From: an uncultured Chloroflexia bacterium
Lineage (GTDB): Bacteria > Chloroflexota > Limnocylindria > Limnocylindrales > CSP1-4
DNA length: 64,000 nt
Direction of reading: 5' to 3'
Assembly (NCBI GenBank): GCA_963743815.1
Contig: CAVURB010000010.1
Location: 134,099 to 198,098, forward strand
In this document: one piece after another, positions 1-10,544 of the stretch
Numbering within the stretch: the stretch's first letter is position 1
Layout: every line of letters begins with the position of its first letter
Notes under the pieces: generated by a model
The model's database searches: none
Told to the model about the DNA's origin: nothing
Seen by the model: only the letters and a program-made list of their open reading frames with translations
Made by a program: the position numbers and the translations under genes

Positions 1-511
1 ATCGCTTCCCGAGCGATTGCTCGCCATCCATGCGCTCGTGGATGACCTCCTGGCATCGCACCAGCCCGACGTCATGGCCGTGGAGCGGCTGTTCTTCTCG
101 AAGAATGTCCAGACGGCCTTCGGGGTGGGTCAGGCGCGCGGGGTCGTGCTCTTGGCCGCGGCCCAGCACGGGGTCCCCGTCCGGGAAGCGACTCCCAGTG
201 AGGTCAAGAGCGCGATCGCCGGGTATGGCGCCGCGGACAAGGAACAGGTCCAGCGGATGGTCCAGATGGTGCTGGGCATGGCCGATCGCCCGCGACCCGA
301 CGATGCCGCCGATGCTCTCGCGATCGCGGTCTGGGCCGCCAACACGCAAGGTGCGGTCGGGGCGGCGACGGCGGCCGTCTACGACCGCGCGGCGGTGGCC
401 CCCATCCAGCGTGGCGTCAGCGGCTACGAGCGGGCGGTCCGTGAGGCGCTCATCCGCGAGAAGGCCGCCGAGCGCGAGGCGAAACGTGCCGCCAAGCGCA
501 CCGCGTCCTAG
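1..511 (+). CDS. ruvC: Crossover junction endodeoxyribonuclease RuvC (5' partial, N-terminus outside window)
   Basis: ORF 17..511 translation (…[12 protein letters not shown]… C-terminal region) typical of RuvC; followed directly by ruvA. Confidence 0.8.
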   Translation, partial: SLPERLLAIHALVDDLLASHQPDVMAVERLFFSKNVQTAFGVGQARGVVLLAAAQHGVPVREATPSEVKSAIAGYGAADKEQVQRMVQMVLGMADRPRPDDAADALAIAVWAANTQGAVGAATAAVYDRAAVAPIQRGVSGYERAVREALIREKAAEREAKRAAKRTAS

Positions 512-532
512 GCGCCGGGCGAGGACGCGCGC

Positions 533-1129
533 GTGATCGCATCGGTCGAAGGCGTCGTCGGCGCCATCACGGCGGATTCGGTCGTCATCGAGGTCGGCGG
601 CATCGGCTACCGCGTGTTCGCGGCGCCGGCGATCCTGTCCACGGCCACCCCAGGCGGCCGGCTCAAGCTCCACACGTATCACTTGGTCCGCGAGGATCAG
701 CAGGCGTTGTACGGCTTCCGGACACCGGAAGAGCTCGGGTTCTTCAACCTGTTGCTGACCGTGAACGGCGTCGGGCCCAAGGTGGCGCTCGCGATCGTGG
801 GCAGCCGGCCAACGGCGGACCTCCAGCTCGCGATCATGACCGGGGACCAGGCCGTGCTCGTGAGCATCCCCGGCATCGGCAAGAAGCTCGCCGAGCGGGT
901 CATCTTCGAGCTCAAGGAGAAGGTGGCCGCGGCTGGGGTGTCGGTGAGCGGGTCGGCGGTCGCGGGTGCCGCCGCCTCCGAGGGCGAGGTCGTCGCCGCG
1001 CTCCAGGCGCTCGGCTACTCGCTGGGGGAGGCTCGCGACGCGTCGCGGGCCGCGCTGAGCGACCTCGCGGTCGGGAGCACCCTGGAGGATCGCGTCAAGG
1101 CGGCGCTCCGGACGCTCCTGCGCGACTGA
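533..1129 (+). CDS. ruvA: Holliday junction DNA helicase RuvA (GTG start)
   Basis: 198 aa; N-terminus MIASVEGVV…GYRV and domain III consistent with RuvA; position after ruvC. Confidence 0.85.
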   Translation: MIASVEGVVGAITADSVVIEVGGIGYRVFAAPAILSTATPGGRLKLHTYHLVREDQQALYGFRTPEELGFFNLLLTVNGVGPKVALAIVGSRPTADLQLAIMTGDQAVLVSIPGIGKKLAERVIFELKEKVAAAGVSVSGSAVAGAAASEGEVVAALQALGYSLGEARDASRAALSDLAVGSTLEDRVKAALRTLLRD

Positions 1130-1132
1130 CGA

Positions 1133-2725
1133 TCAGTTCGCGATACGGCGTTGCTTGATGCGCGTGGCATCGGCAGCGAACGGACCGCCACCTTGGGGAT
1201 GGGTCGCGACGAGCGGCAGCATCGCCCCCGGGAACTCGCCGACCGACGATCGATAGTCGAGGTTGAGCGCGCTCAGGCCGTCGCGGACCCGCTCTGCGGC
1301 CGCGAGCCGCCACGCGTCGTCGATGCCGTCGAGATCCGTCAGCTCGAGCGCGACGGCGGGTCGCGGCGTGCCGGCCGCGTCATCCACTACCGAGAGCATG
1401 AACGAATGCAGGCGCGGGGCGATCAGCGCATCGCCGTATAGCACGGACTCCACGTCCTCGGGGTAGATGTTGGATCCCATGACGCTGACCGTCGCATCAC
1501 GCCGGCCGTGGATCCACAGGAACGGCAGCGGGATCGGTCGCGCCCAGGGGAGCGGTCCGCGCGGTCCGTGGACCTCGGGCGATCGGCCGAGGTCGTCCAG
1601 GTCGAAGCCGAATCCGCGCAGCGTCTCGCGCACCTGCTGATACGGGACGATCCCACCCAAATCGTGGACGTTGTACCGGATCCGTGGCGCCAGGAGGTCC
1701 AGCCGCGACACCGTGCAGATGACCTCACCGCGATCGTTGACCTCCATGAAGTGGATCAGCGGGTTGTACTGGAACACCATCGGGAGCCGAGAGTCCGACC
1801 CGAAGAGGGCGCGCCCGATGTCGGGCCGGGCCCGGGCAAGCCGCCGGACCGCGATGCTGACGGGCGACTCGCCGGCCATGCCGATCTCGATATCGGTGGC
1901 ACCGTAGCCCGAGTAGACCGACACGAACCGATCCAGCAGGATGTCGCGCAGCTCCTCGGTCATGCCCTCGCCGCCCACGAGCCCGTGGATCTCGTAGTCC
2001 TCCCAAGGGAATCCGCGTCGCGTGCCCTCGTCGATGAGGTGCTTGAGGAACGGGGGATAGCCTGAGATGAGGAAGCGGTAGTTCGGGCCGAGGACCTCGA
2101 GCGTGGACAGGATCTTGTCGAGGTCCGGTCCCACGGACTTGACGATGCCGTGTCGGAGCATCCCCAGGCTCATGTTGAATCCGGCCGCCCAGGCGCCCAT
2201 CGAGAAGGCGTTGATGGTCACGAGTGGCCGGGCGCCGAACGCGTAGCGCGCGAAGAAGCCGATGTTGCGGTGCGCGACCTCGCGCTCCCGCCGGCTGCGG
2301 ATCCAGTTGTACGGCGTGCCCGTCGAGCCGCTCGATTCATCGATCGACGTCCCGGGGAAGGGCACCGTGCCGCCGATGCAGCGCTCCATCAGGGAGTAGC
2401 GGTCGACATACGCTCCCTTGTCCGTCTCCGGCAGACGTCGAAGGATGCCGAGCGGAAAGAGCCCAGCGACGCCGATACCTGCTTCGGCGAGGTATGAGCG
2501 ATAGGCCGGCACCGAGCGTGACGCACGCCAGGCGGCCCGTTCGGCCCGGAGCTGGCTGATCCCGCGCAGGAGCCAGGGTGGCGACCACGTGAAGAGCCGC
2601 ATGAGCCAGCCGTATCGCAGGCCCACGGTCTTGAAGGTCACGTCGAGCGGAAACAGCCAGAGACCGCGTCCGACCCCGACGAACGACGCCGCCGCGTGCC
2701 GTCCGATCCGTCGCACCTGCGCCAT
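1133..2725 (-). CDS. Adenylate-forming enzyme, phenylacetate-CoA ligase / coenzyme F390 synthetase-like family
   Basis: 530 aa ORF with AMP-binding motif SSGSTGTPY; true start may be the internal Met near 2602. Confidence 0.6.
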   Translation of the reverse strand: MAQVRRIGRHAAASFVGVGRGLWLFPLDVTFKTVGLRYGWLMRLFTWSPPWLLRGISQLRAERAAWRASRSVPAYRSYLAEAGIGVAGLFPLGILRRLPETDKGAYVDRYSLMERCIGGTVPFPGTSIDESSGSTGTPYNWIRSRREREVAHRNIGFFARYAFGARPLVTINAFSMGAWAAGFNMSLGMLRHGIVKSVGPDLDKILSTLEVLGPNYRFLISGYPPFLKHLIDEGTRRGFPWEDYEIHGLVGGEGMTEELRDILLDRFVSVYSGYGATDIEIGMAGESPVSIAVRRLARARPDIGRALFGSDSRLPMVFQYNPLIHFMEVNDRGEVICTVSRLDLLAPRIRYNVHDLGGIVPYQQVRETLRGFGFDLDDLGRSPEVHGPRGPLPWARPIPLPFLWIHGRRDATVSVMGSNIYPEDVESVLYGDALIAPRLHSFMLSVVDDAAGTPRPAVALELTDLDGIDDAWRLAAAERVRDGLSALNLDYRSSVGEFPGAMLPLVATHPQGGGPFAADATRIKQRRIAN

Positions 2726-2836
2726 GCCGTCCCTCAGCCTCTCCCGGGGCTACCGCGACGATCGCGAGCACTCCCGAACATGGGACGCGTCGTCCCGGGC
2801 GTCGTTACGTGGTGATCGCGTCGCCGTCGGTCATGG

Positions 2837-3313
2837 TCACGGCCGTCGCCCCGCCAAGGCATCGGCGTGCCGGCCACGCGGGTCGATGGATGCTCGGCCC
2901 TGACGAGCCGCGAGGTCGGCCAGCGTTTCCTGGTCGAGGATCTCGAGCATGGCGTCCCGGACGTCGATCATCACGTCGCGCAGGGGACACGTGCCTTCGT
3001 CCGGGCACGAGCATCGGCCGTAGTACCGCAGCGAGACGCAGGGAAGGGGGGCCAGCGCGCCGTCGAGGAGTCGGACCACCCGTCCGATCGTGACCGCTCC
3101 AGGATCCGCGGCCATGGCGTAGCCACCGTGGGCACCCAGCGTGGTCCGCACGATCCCGCCGTGCTTGAGCGTCGCCATGATCTGCTCGAGGAACTTGGAC
3201 GGGAGGTGGTTGCGCTGCGCCAGTGTCCCGAGCGCCAGCGGCCCCTCACCGTCGTGGCGGACGAGGTCCACGAGGGCGCGGAGGCCGTATTCGGAGCGGC
3301 GCGACAGGCGCAT
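2837..3313 (-). CDS. Rrf2 family transcriptional regulator (Cys-containing, IscR/NsrR-like)
   Basis: N-terminus MRLSRRSEYGLRALVDL… HTH of Rrf2 family; C-terminal Cys cluster (CPDEGTC). Confidence 0.75.
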   Translation of the reverse strand: MRLSRRSEYGLRALVDLVRHDGEGPLALGTLAQRNHLPSKFLEQIMATLKHGGIVRTTLGAHGGYAMAADPGAVTIGRVVRLLDGALAPLPCVSLRYYGRCSCPDEGTCPLRDVMIDVRDAMLEILDQETLADLAARQGRASIDPRGRHADALAGRRP

Positions 3314-3383
3314 GGCAGGCATGGTAGACCGCAAGCCCTAGCCCTGTGGTGGGACTTCCGCGAGCGGCACGGGGGTGTAGAAC

Positions 3384-4529
3384 ATGCGTGCGAAATGGAC
3401 ATCGACTGTGCTACCATCCGGCCCGATGGTCGACGACGTTTCGCGCATCCTCTCCGGCGATCTCGAGGACGAGGCTGACCCTGTCATCGAGGGAAGCCTG
3501 CGTCCGCGCTCGCTCGGTGAATACATCGGTCAGCGGGAGGTGAAGGCCAACCTGTCCGTGCTGCTCCAGGCGGCCGTAGGCAGGGGAGAGGCGGCGGACC
3601 ACATCCTGCTCTATGGGCCGCCCGGCCTCGGCAAGACGACCCTCGCGACGATCGTGGCGCGCGAACTCGGCGTCAACGTGCGCTACACGAGCGGGCCGGC
3701 CATCGAGCGAGCGGGCGATCTGGCGGCGATCCTGACCTCGCTCGAAGAGCGCGACGTCCTGTTCATCGACGAGGTCCACCGCCTGAACCACGCGGTGGAG
3801 GAGATCCTCTACCCGGCGATGGAGGACTACGCGCTCGACGTGATGATCGGCAAGGGACCCTCGGCGCGGTCGCTGCGCCTCAGCCTGAAGCCGTTCACCG
3901 TCGTGGGCGCGACCACTCGGGCGGGACGCATCAGTTCGCCATTGCGTGACCGGTTCGGGGCGACCTACCGCCTAGACTTCTACTCGGATGACGAGTTGGC
4001 GCAGATCGTCGAGCGCTCGGCCGAGATCCTGGACGTGCCGATCGATGCAGCGGCGGTCCGCGCGATCGCCCGCCGTGGTCGCGGGACACCGCGGATCGTC
4101 AATCGACTGCTCAAGCGCGTCCGCGATCACGCCCAGGTCCATGGCGACGGCCGCGTCCACGAGGCGACGGCGACCGCCGCGATGCGCCAGATGGAGATCG
4201 ACGACGAAGGCCTCGACTCCGCCGACCGCAAACTGCTCGCGGCGATCATCCAGAAGTTCGCCTCGGGGCCCGTGGGCGTGGCAGCGCTCGCCGCCGTGCT
4301 GTCCGAGGAGACGGACACCATCGAGGACGTGCACGAGCCGTTCCTGCTGCGCCTCGGGTTCATCGACCGGACGCCCCAGGGCCGGATCGCGACGGACCTG
4401 GGCCGAGCGCACCTCTCGGGCCTGGGCTACGAGATCCCGCCGCCGCGACGCGCCGATGCCGGCATGCCGTCGCTGTGGGACGAGCCGATCGCCACGGACC
4501 CGATCGACCCGGCGGCACCGGACGCGTGA
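3384..4529 (+). CDS. ruvB: Holliday junction DNA helicase RuvB
   Basis: [12 protein letters not shown]…[14 protein letters not shown] Walker A, sensor motifs; 381 aa (start could be the Met at 3426). Confidence 0.9.
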   Translation: MRAKWTSTVLPSGPMVDDVSRILSGDLEDEADPVIEGSLRPRSLGEYIGQREVKANLSVLLQAAVGRGEAADHILLYGPPGLGKTTLATIVARELGVNVRYTSGPAIERAGDLAAILTSLEERDVLFIDEVHRLNHAVEEILYPAMEDYALDVMIGKGPSARSLRLSLKPFTVVGATTRAGRISSPLRDRFGATYRLDFYSDDELAQIVERSAEILDVPIDAAAVRAIARRGRGTPRIVNRLLKRVRDHAQVHGDGRVHEATATAAMRQMEIDDEGLDSADRKLLAAIIQKFASGPVGVAALAAVLSEETDTIEDVHEPFLLRLGFIDRTPQGRIATDLGRAHLSGLGYEIPPPRRADAGMPSLWDEPIATDPIDPAAPDA

Positions 4530-5701
4530 CCGCCCCCTACATCTCGATCGCGGCCCGCTTCGAGGTGGACACGGCACCCCCGGCGGACGGCTCCACCCGT
4601 GCCCGGACCGGACGCCTGACCCTCGCCCACGGCGTGGTGGAGACCCCGCAGTTCATGCCCGTGGGGACCAATGCCACGGTCAAGGCGCTCTCGCCCGATG
4701 ACATCCGCGACACCGGTGCCAGCATCATCCTGTCCAACACCTACCACCTGTACTTGCGCCCCGGACACGAGCGGATCGCCGCGCTCGGCGGCCTGCACCG
4801 CTTCATGGACTGGGACCGGCCGATCCTGACGGACTCGGGCGGGTTCCAGGTCGTCTCGCTCGGGGACCTGCGGGTCGTGGACGAGGACGGGGTCACGTTC
4901 CGCTCGCATATCGACGGCTCCATCCATCGCTTCACCCCGGAGCACGCCACGGCGGTCCAGGAGGCCCTTGGGTCGGATATCGCGGTCGCGTTCGACCAGC
5001 CGGTCTTCCCGAGTTCGGAGCGCGCCGTCGTCGCCGATGCGACGTCGCGCACCCATCGTTGGGCCGAGCGCTCCCTCGCGGCCCATACGCGGCCCGACCA
5101 GGCGATGTTCGGGATCATCCAGGGCGGCCTGGACCCGGAGCTGCGCGAGGCGTCCACCCGGTTCATCGCGGCGATGCCGTTCGACGGGCTGTGCATCGGC
5201 GGGCTGGCCGGCGACGAGACGCCGGAGCAACGCGATGCTGCCCTGGACGTTGCGGTGCCCCTGCTGGCAGACGACCCAAGGCCGCGCTACCTGATGGGCC
5301 TTGGTTCGCCGGCAGACCTTCTCGAGGCCGTCCACCGGGGCGTAGACCTGTTCGACAGCGTCCTGCCGGCGCGGGTCGCGCGCAATGGACAGCTGTGGAT
5401 CCCCGGCGGTCGTCTGAACATCCGGAATCGCGCGTTCCTCGACGACGCGGCGCCCGTCCAGGAAGGTTGCCCGTGCCTGCTCTGCCGGCGGTTCTCGCGA
5501 GCCTACCTGGCGCACCTCTTCCGAGCGAAGGAGCTGCTCGCCTACCGCCTCGCGACTTGTCACAACCTGACCTTCACCCTAGACTTCATGGCCAGGATCC
5601 GAGCCTCGATCCAGGCCGGTTCGTTCCCCGCTGATATGTCCGGATTGCGCACTCGCGCGGGCCGGATAAGCGGCGGTGAAGTGGCCGAGCAGTCGGCGTG
5701 A
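4525..5701 (+). CDS. tgt: Queuine tRNA-ribosyltransferase (tRNA-guanine transglycosylase)
   Basis: [22 protein letters not shown]… and zinc-site CPCLLC; GTG start overlapping ruvB stop (GTGA). Confidence 0.85.
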
Positions 5702-5743
5702 AGGATCGGGCGGTACGCTGCAGCACAAGTCGGAGGCGAAGCC

Positions 5744-5908
5744 ATGGGCTCGCGAAATCGACCTGGCAAAGAGGCCAAGAAGAAGCCAAAGTCCAAGACC
5801 GGGCCGTCGAGCCTGTCGCCGCTGTCGGAGCCTCCGCAGAACGTGGAGCTGATCCGGAAGCCGCGCAAGCCCAAGCCCGTGGTGGAAGAGGAAACGGACG
5901 AAGCCTGA
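5744..5908 (+). CDS. Small lysine-rich basic protein (54 aa), hypothetical
   Basis: ATG at 5744, strong GC3 bias, MGSRNRPGKEAKKKPKSKTG…; below the 60-aa ORF-track threshold. Confidence 0.3.
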   Translation: MGSRNRPGKEAKKKPKSKTGPSSLSPLSEPPQNVELIRKPRKPKPVVEEETDEA

Positions 5909-5979
5909 GTCGCGCCGATCGCCTCGCGATCCGGTCCGTCGACGGCACCATGAGCGGTCGATAGGAGCGTGACGAGCGG

Positions 5980-7047
5980 ATGGCGATGACGGACGAGCGG
6001 GCAACGGAGCGGGCGACCGAGCGAGCCCAGGCGGAACGGGGCAAGGCCGTGGACGCCGCCCTCCAGTCCATCGAGAAGCAGTTCGGTCGCGGCGCGATCA
6101 TGAAGCTCGGCTCGTCCGAGCGGCAGGCCGTCGACTTCATCCCGACCGGGTCCATCGCGCTCGATCTGGCGCTCGGCGTGGGGGGCATCCCGCGGGGTCG
6201 CATCACGGAGATCTTCGGTCCGGAGTCCTCGGGCAAGACGACCGTCTGCCAGCACGTCCTCGCTGAGGCGCAGCGCCGCGGCGGCGTCGTCGCCTTCATC
6301 GATGTCGAGCATGCGCTCGATCCCGCGTACGCCCGCGCCTGCGGCGTGAACGTCGATGAGCTCCTCGTCTCCCAGCCCGACACCGGCGAGCAGGCGCTCG
6401 AGATCACCGAAACGCTCATTCGCTCCGGCGGCATCGACTGCGTCGTGGTCGACTCCGTCGCGGCGCTCGTGCCGCGTGCGGAGATCGAAGGCGAGATGGG
6501 CGACTCCTTCGTGGGGATCCAGGCTCGCCTCATGAGCCAGGCCCTGCGCAAGCTGACGGGGGCCGTCTCGCGATCCAACACCGCGCTGGTCTTCACGAAC
6601 CAGTTGCGCGAGAAGATCGGTGTCATGTTCGGGAACCCCGAGACCACCCCCGGTGGTCGCGCCCTCAAGTTCTACGCCTCGGTCCGCCTCGACATCCGGC
6701 GCGTTGAGACGATCAAGACCGGCACCGAATCGGTCGGCAACCGGGCTCGCGTGAAGGTCGTGAAGAACAAGGTCGCGGCCCCGTTTCGGGTCGCCGAGTT
6801 CGACATCATGTACGGCGAGGGGATCTCCAAGGAAGGCGGCCTCCTGGACGTCGGCGTGGCGATGGACGTCGTGTCCAAGACGGGCGCGTGGTTCAACTTC
6901 GGCGAGACCCGCCTGGGTCAGGGTCGCGAGGCCTCCAAGGAGTTCCTCAAGACCAGCCCGGAGATCGCGGCCGAGATCGACCGCAAGATCCGCGGCCGGA
7001 TCACCGAAGTGGCGATCCCCGTCGAGGGCATCGAAGAGGCCGAATGA
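5980..7047 (+). CDS. recA: Recombinase RecA
   Basis: 355 aa; GPESSGKTT Walker A, full-length RecA similarity. Confidence 0.95.
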   Translation: MAMTDERATERATERAQAERGKAVDAALQSIEKQFGRGAIMKLGSSERQAVDFIPTGSIALDLALGVGGIPRGRITEIFGPESSGKTTVCQHVLAEAQRRGGVVAFIDVEHALDPAYARACGVNVDELLVSQPDTGEQALEITETLIRSGGIDCVVVDSVAALVPRAEIEGEMGDSFVGIQARLMSQALRKLTGAVSRSNTALVFTNQLREKIGVMFGNPETTPGGRALKFYASVRLDIRRVETIKTGTESVGNRARVKVVKNKVAAPFRVAEFDIMYGEGISKEGGLLDVGVAMDVVSKTGAWFNFGETRLGQGREASKEFLKTSPEIAAEIDRKIRGRITEVAIPVEGIEEAE

Positions 7048-7697
7048 CGCTCGGCGCCTGTGGCCTTGACGACGGGCTACGACCAGTGACCAGTCAGCGC
7101 AGGATCAGCTACGCCGAGCGGCGGGAGCAGCGCGCCGCGGTCGAGGACCCGGCAGTCGTGCTGGAGGCGGCCGCGCGGTTCCTCGAGGCGCGGTCGCGGT
7201 CCGTGGCCGAGGTCCGGCGGCGGTTGACGTCCGCCGGATATCGCCCCGATCTCGTCGACGGGGCGATCGAGCGCATGACCGAGCTCGGGATGCTCGACGA
7301 CGAGGCGTTCGCACGGGCTTGGGTGGAGTCGCGTGATCGTGCGCGTCCCCGTGGCGAACGCGCCATCCGCGAGGAGCTGCGGCTCAAGGGCATCGACCGC
7401 GCCACCATGGATGTCGTCCTGGCCGAACGACGGGATGGAGCGTCTGCGTCGAATGCGGACGGCGCGGGTGACGAGGCCGCACTCGGAGCCGAACGGGATG
7501 CCGCCGACCGGTTGCTCGCGAAGAACGCCCGTGCTCTCGCTCGCGTGGCCGACCCGCGCCAGCGCCGTCAGCGCGCCTATGCCTTACTGGCTCGCAATGG
7601 CTTCGACCCCGAGACGTGTCGCGAGGCCGCCGTCGCCTTGATGCAGGACGGGGCGCCGGGCGATCCGCTCGACATCGCTTCGGAAACTGGTGGCTGA
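7044..7697 (+). CDS. recX: Regulatory protein RecX
   Basis: ATG overlapping recA stop (ATGA); RecX-like helical repeats (…RLTSAGY…IDRAT…). Confidence 0.8.
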   Translation: MTLGACGLDDGLRPVTSQRRISYAERREQRAAVEDPAVVLEAAARFLEARSRSVAEVRRRLTSAGYRPDLVDGAIERMTELGMLDDEAFARAWVESRDRARPRGERAIREELRLKGIDRATMDVVLAERRDGASASNADGAGDEAALGAERDAADRLLAKNARALARVADPRQRRQRAYALLARNGFDPETCREAAVALMQDGAPGDPLDIASETGG

Positions 7698-7757
7698 CGG
7701 CACCACATCCAACCCCAGCGCTGGTCACCGGACCAGCCCCTCCGTAGAAAGAAGGGC

Positions 7758-7795
7758 GAGCCCGGTCCGAAGGGCCCGGGACGATGGTCCGGGTC
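7758..7795 (+). terminator. GC-rich tandem hairpin (CCCGG…CCGGG arms) downstream of recX
   Basis: cccggtccgaagggcccgggacgatggtccggg forms stem-loops right after the recX stop. Confidence 0.3.
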
Positions 7796-7900
7796 GTCGG
7801 CAGCGGGCATGCCACGGATACTCGACCAGGCCCTGATCCCGGCGTCCCGCCGGCGACACCCGATACTCTGGGGCAGGAGTAGAGATGATGCTGTCAAGAC

Positions 7901-8692
7901 ATGCGCACGACCTGGTTGGCCGGGAGCGGGGCTCTATTCCTCGCGCTCGTCGTGGCCGGTGCCGCTCTCGGAGCACCGATCCTGACATCGAGTGAGGAAC
8001 CGGCCCCCGACCAGGCCGCCCCGCTCGTCGTCGACACCGCGCCCACGTTCGAGGACGCCGATGGCGACTCGATCGACGACGACTGCGACGCCGACGTCGT
8101 GGCCGATGCCGAGGCCGCCGCCGCCGCAGCAGCAGCGGTCGATACCAACGCCGACGGAGAGATCTCCGTCGCTGAGGCCGCCCAAAGCGAACGGATCGGT
8201 GGCGCGAACTGCAACCACGGGGGCTACGTGAGCGACGTCGCCCAGGAGCAGTGCGACGCCGTGGACGAGGATGGCGACCCGGCCGAGGGTGAGGCCGAGG
8301 TCGAGCCGCCCGGCGAGTGCGTAGAGGACGAGGACGCGGATCCGGAGGGGACCGAAGACGAGGGGGCCAAGGCGGAATGTGTCCCCGTGGCGGCCCCGAC
8401 GTTCGATCCGGCGCGCTTCACGGGGCCGGGAGCGTTCGGCGCCTACGTGTCGTCGGTGGCGGCGTCCGATGCGCTGGGTGGCAAGAACTGCAACCACGGT
8501 GGCGCCGTCAGCGAGGGCGTCAAGGCTGCCAAGGAGGCCGCCCGGGCGGAGCGCGACGCCGCCAAGGCTGAGCGAAAGGTCCAGCGCGATGCCGCCAAGG
8601 CTGAGCGAAAGGTCCAGCGCGATGCCGCCAAGGCTGAGCGAGCCGCCGCGAAGAGCCAGGGTAGCGGCAAGGGTAAGGGTCAGGGAAACTAG
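7901..8692 (+). CDS. Secreted acidic repeat protein with canonical EF-hand Ca-binding loop
   Basis: Signal peptide (LFLALVVAGAALGAP); DTNADGEISVAE EF-hand loop; two copies of an NCNHGG-containing motif (GGANCNHGG, GGKNCNHGG); 33-bp tandem repeat encoding KAERKVQRDAA. Confidence 0.6.
   Translation: MRTTWLAGSGALFLALVVAGAALGAPILTSSEEPAPDQAAPLVVDTAPTFEDADGDSIDDDCDADVVADAEAAAAAAAAVDTNADGEISVAEAAQSERIGGANCNHGGYVSDVAQEQCDAVDEDGDPAEGEAEVEPPGECVEDEDADPEGTEDEGAKAECVPVAAPTFDPARFTGPGAFGAYVSSVAASDALGGKNCNHGGAVSEGVKAAKEAARAERDAAKAERKVQRDAAKAERKVQRDAAKAERAAAKSQGSGKGKGQGN
8563..8640 (+). repeat. Perfect 33-bp tandem duplication (gccaaggctgagcgaaaggtccagcgcgatgcc x2, partial third)
   Basis: Direct reading of sequence 8563-8640 inside the secreted protein CDS. 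Confidence 0.85.
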
Positions 8693-8744
8693 TCCATGGC
8701 CCCTGCCAAGACCGAACGGCGCGGCGATCGCGGCCGCGCGCGCG

Positions 8745-8768
8745 GTAATGGTTGCGGTACCACAACCA
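8745..8768. promoter_or_regulatory. AT-rich palindrome ATGGTTG-cggtacca-CAACCAT upstream of rny
   Basis: 7-bp perfect inverted-repeat arms around a KpnI-like core; sits in the 320-bp intergenic region between the secreted protein and rny. Confidence 0.35.
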
Positions 8769-9014
8769 TCGGTTGACCCTTCGGACACTCGGCCGTAGGC
8801 TACGCGGCAGACAAGCCAGCACCGCTGACAACGGTGCTTCCGAGCCCAGCACCGGCCGATCGCGGCCCATCGAGGACCCTGTCGTCGCTGTGGGAGTGGC
8901 GCCGGGGCCAGGCATCGACCCAGGGGGTCGCTTCACCGTCCTCGTCGCGATCGTGCCAACGCACACGTGACGCGTCCGGCCGCATAACCCGGTCCGGATG
9001 GGAGGACAACCGAT

Positions 9015-10544
9015 ATGGACACACCGGTCGTGGTGGTGGTGGCCCTCGTGGCCGCCGCCGGCGGAGCCCTACTCGGCTTCCTGATCCGGGGCGTCTGGGC
9101 ATCCCAGACGATGAAGGCCGCCCAGGCCGAAGCCCGCCGCATCGAAGCCGAAGCGCGCACCCGTCAGAAGGAACTCATCCTCGAAGCGAAGGACGAGAAG
9201 CTCCGCCTCCAGCGTGAAGCCGAAGACGAGGCTCGCGCGCGACGCGGCGAGCTCACCGCCCAGGAGCGACGCCTGGTCCAGCGCGATGAGCAGCTCGATC
9301 AGCGCACGGAGATGCTCGAGCAGCGCGATCGCAAGCTCCTGGAGCGCGAGCGCGATCTCGACAAGTCCAAGGAAGACCTCGCCCGAGCCACGCAGGAGCA
9401 GGTCGCAGCCCTGGAACGCGTCTCCGGTCTGAGTGCCGAGGATGCCAAGGCGATGCTGCTCGAGGCAGTCCGCGCCGAAGCCGAGCACGACGCCGTCAAG
9501 CTCGGCCGGGCGATCGAGCGCTCGGCCCGCGAGGAGGCGCAGGACAAGGCGCGCGACATCATCGTCACCGCCATGCAGCGCGTAGCCGCCGATCACACCG
9601 CCGAGCACACGGTCAGCGTCGTCCACCTGCCCAGCGACGAGATGAAGGGTCGGATCATCGGCCGTGAGGGCCGCAACATCCGCGCGCTCGAGCAGGCCAC
9701 CGGCGTCGACCTCATCATCGACGACACGCCCGAAACGGTGATCCTCTCCGGATTCGACCCCGTCCGCCGCGAGGTCGCGCGGATCGCGCTCACCAAGCTC
9801 ATCGCCGACGGCCGGATCCACCCAGGCCGCATCGAGGAGGTCGTCGCCAAGGCCCGCGCCGAGGTCGATCTCGTCATCCGCCAGGCAGGCGAGCAGGCCG
9901 CCTACGAAGCCGGCGTCCCCGGGCTCCCGGCCGAGATCATCAAGCTGCTGGGCCGACTCAAGTACCGCACCAGCTACGGCCAGAACGTGCTCAACCACGT
10001 CGTCGAGACGAGCCACCTGGCCGCGGTCATCGCCGCCGAGATCGGCGCGGACGTCCAGGTCGCCAAGATGGGCGGGCTGCTCCACGACATCGGCAAGGCC
10101 GTCGATCACGAGGTCGAGGGTCCGCACGCCGCCATCGGCGCGCAGATCGCCCAGCGCCACAACCTGCCGTTCAAGGTCATCAACGGGATCGCGGCGCACC
10201 ACCAGGAGGTCGAGTACGCCTGCCTGGAGGCCCCGATCGTCCAGGTCGCCGACGCCATCAGCGCGTCTCGCCCTGGCGCCCGCGGCGAGACCATGGACAC
10301 CTACGTCAAGCGCCTCGAGGACCTCCAGGCCATCGCCGAGAGCTTCACCGGCGTCGAGCGCTCCTTCGCGGTCCAGGCCGGTCGCGAGGTGCGCATCCTC
10401 GTCCGCCCCGAGGAGATCGACGACCTGACGGCGACGCGGCTTGCCCGCGACATCGTCAAGAAGATCGAGGAGCAGCTGACCTACCCGGGCCAGATCAAGG
10501 TCACGGTCATCCGCGAGACGCGGGCCGTCGAGTACGCGAAGTAG
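9015..10544 (+). CDS. rny: Ribonuclease Y
   Basis: N-terminal TM, coiled-coil, KH ([16 protein letters not shown]) and HD (GLLHDIGKA) domains; 509 aa. Confidence 0.9.
   Translation: MDTPVVVVVALVAAAGGALLGFLIRGVWASQTMKAAQAEARRIEAEARTRQKELILEAKDEKLRLQREAEDEARARRGELTAQERRLVQRDEQLDQRTEMLEQRDRKLLERERDLDKSKEDLARATQEQVAALERVSGLSAEDAKAMLLEAVRAEAEHDAVKLGRAIERSAREEAQDKARDIIVTAMQRVAADHTAEHTVSVVHLPSDEMKGRIIGREGRNIRALEQATGVDLIIDDTPETVILSGFDPVRREVARIALTKLIADGRIHPGRIEEVVAKARAEVDLVIRQAGEQAAYEAGVPGLPAEIIKLLGRLKYRTSYGQNVLNHVVETSHLAAVIAAEIGADVQVAKMGGLLHDIGKAVDHEVEGPHAAIGAQIAQRHNLPFKVINGIAAHHQEVEYACLEAPIVQVADAISASRPGARGETMDTYVKRLEDLQAIAESFTGVERSFAVQAGREVRILVRPEEIDDLTATRLARDIVKKIEEQLTYPGQIKVTVIRETRAVEYAK

Noticed and set aside
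7934-8788. 284-aa minus-strand ORF antisense to the secreted EF-hand protein
   Set aside because: It has a Gly/Arg/Leu-rich low-complexity translation, whereas the plus-strand CDS has a signal peptide and recognisable motifs. It is judged an antisense artefact.
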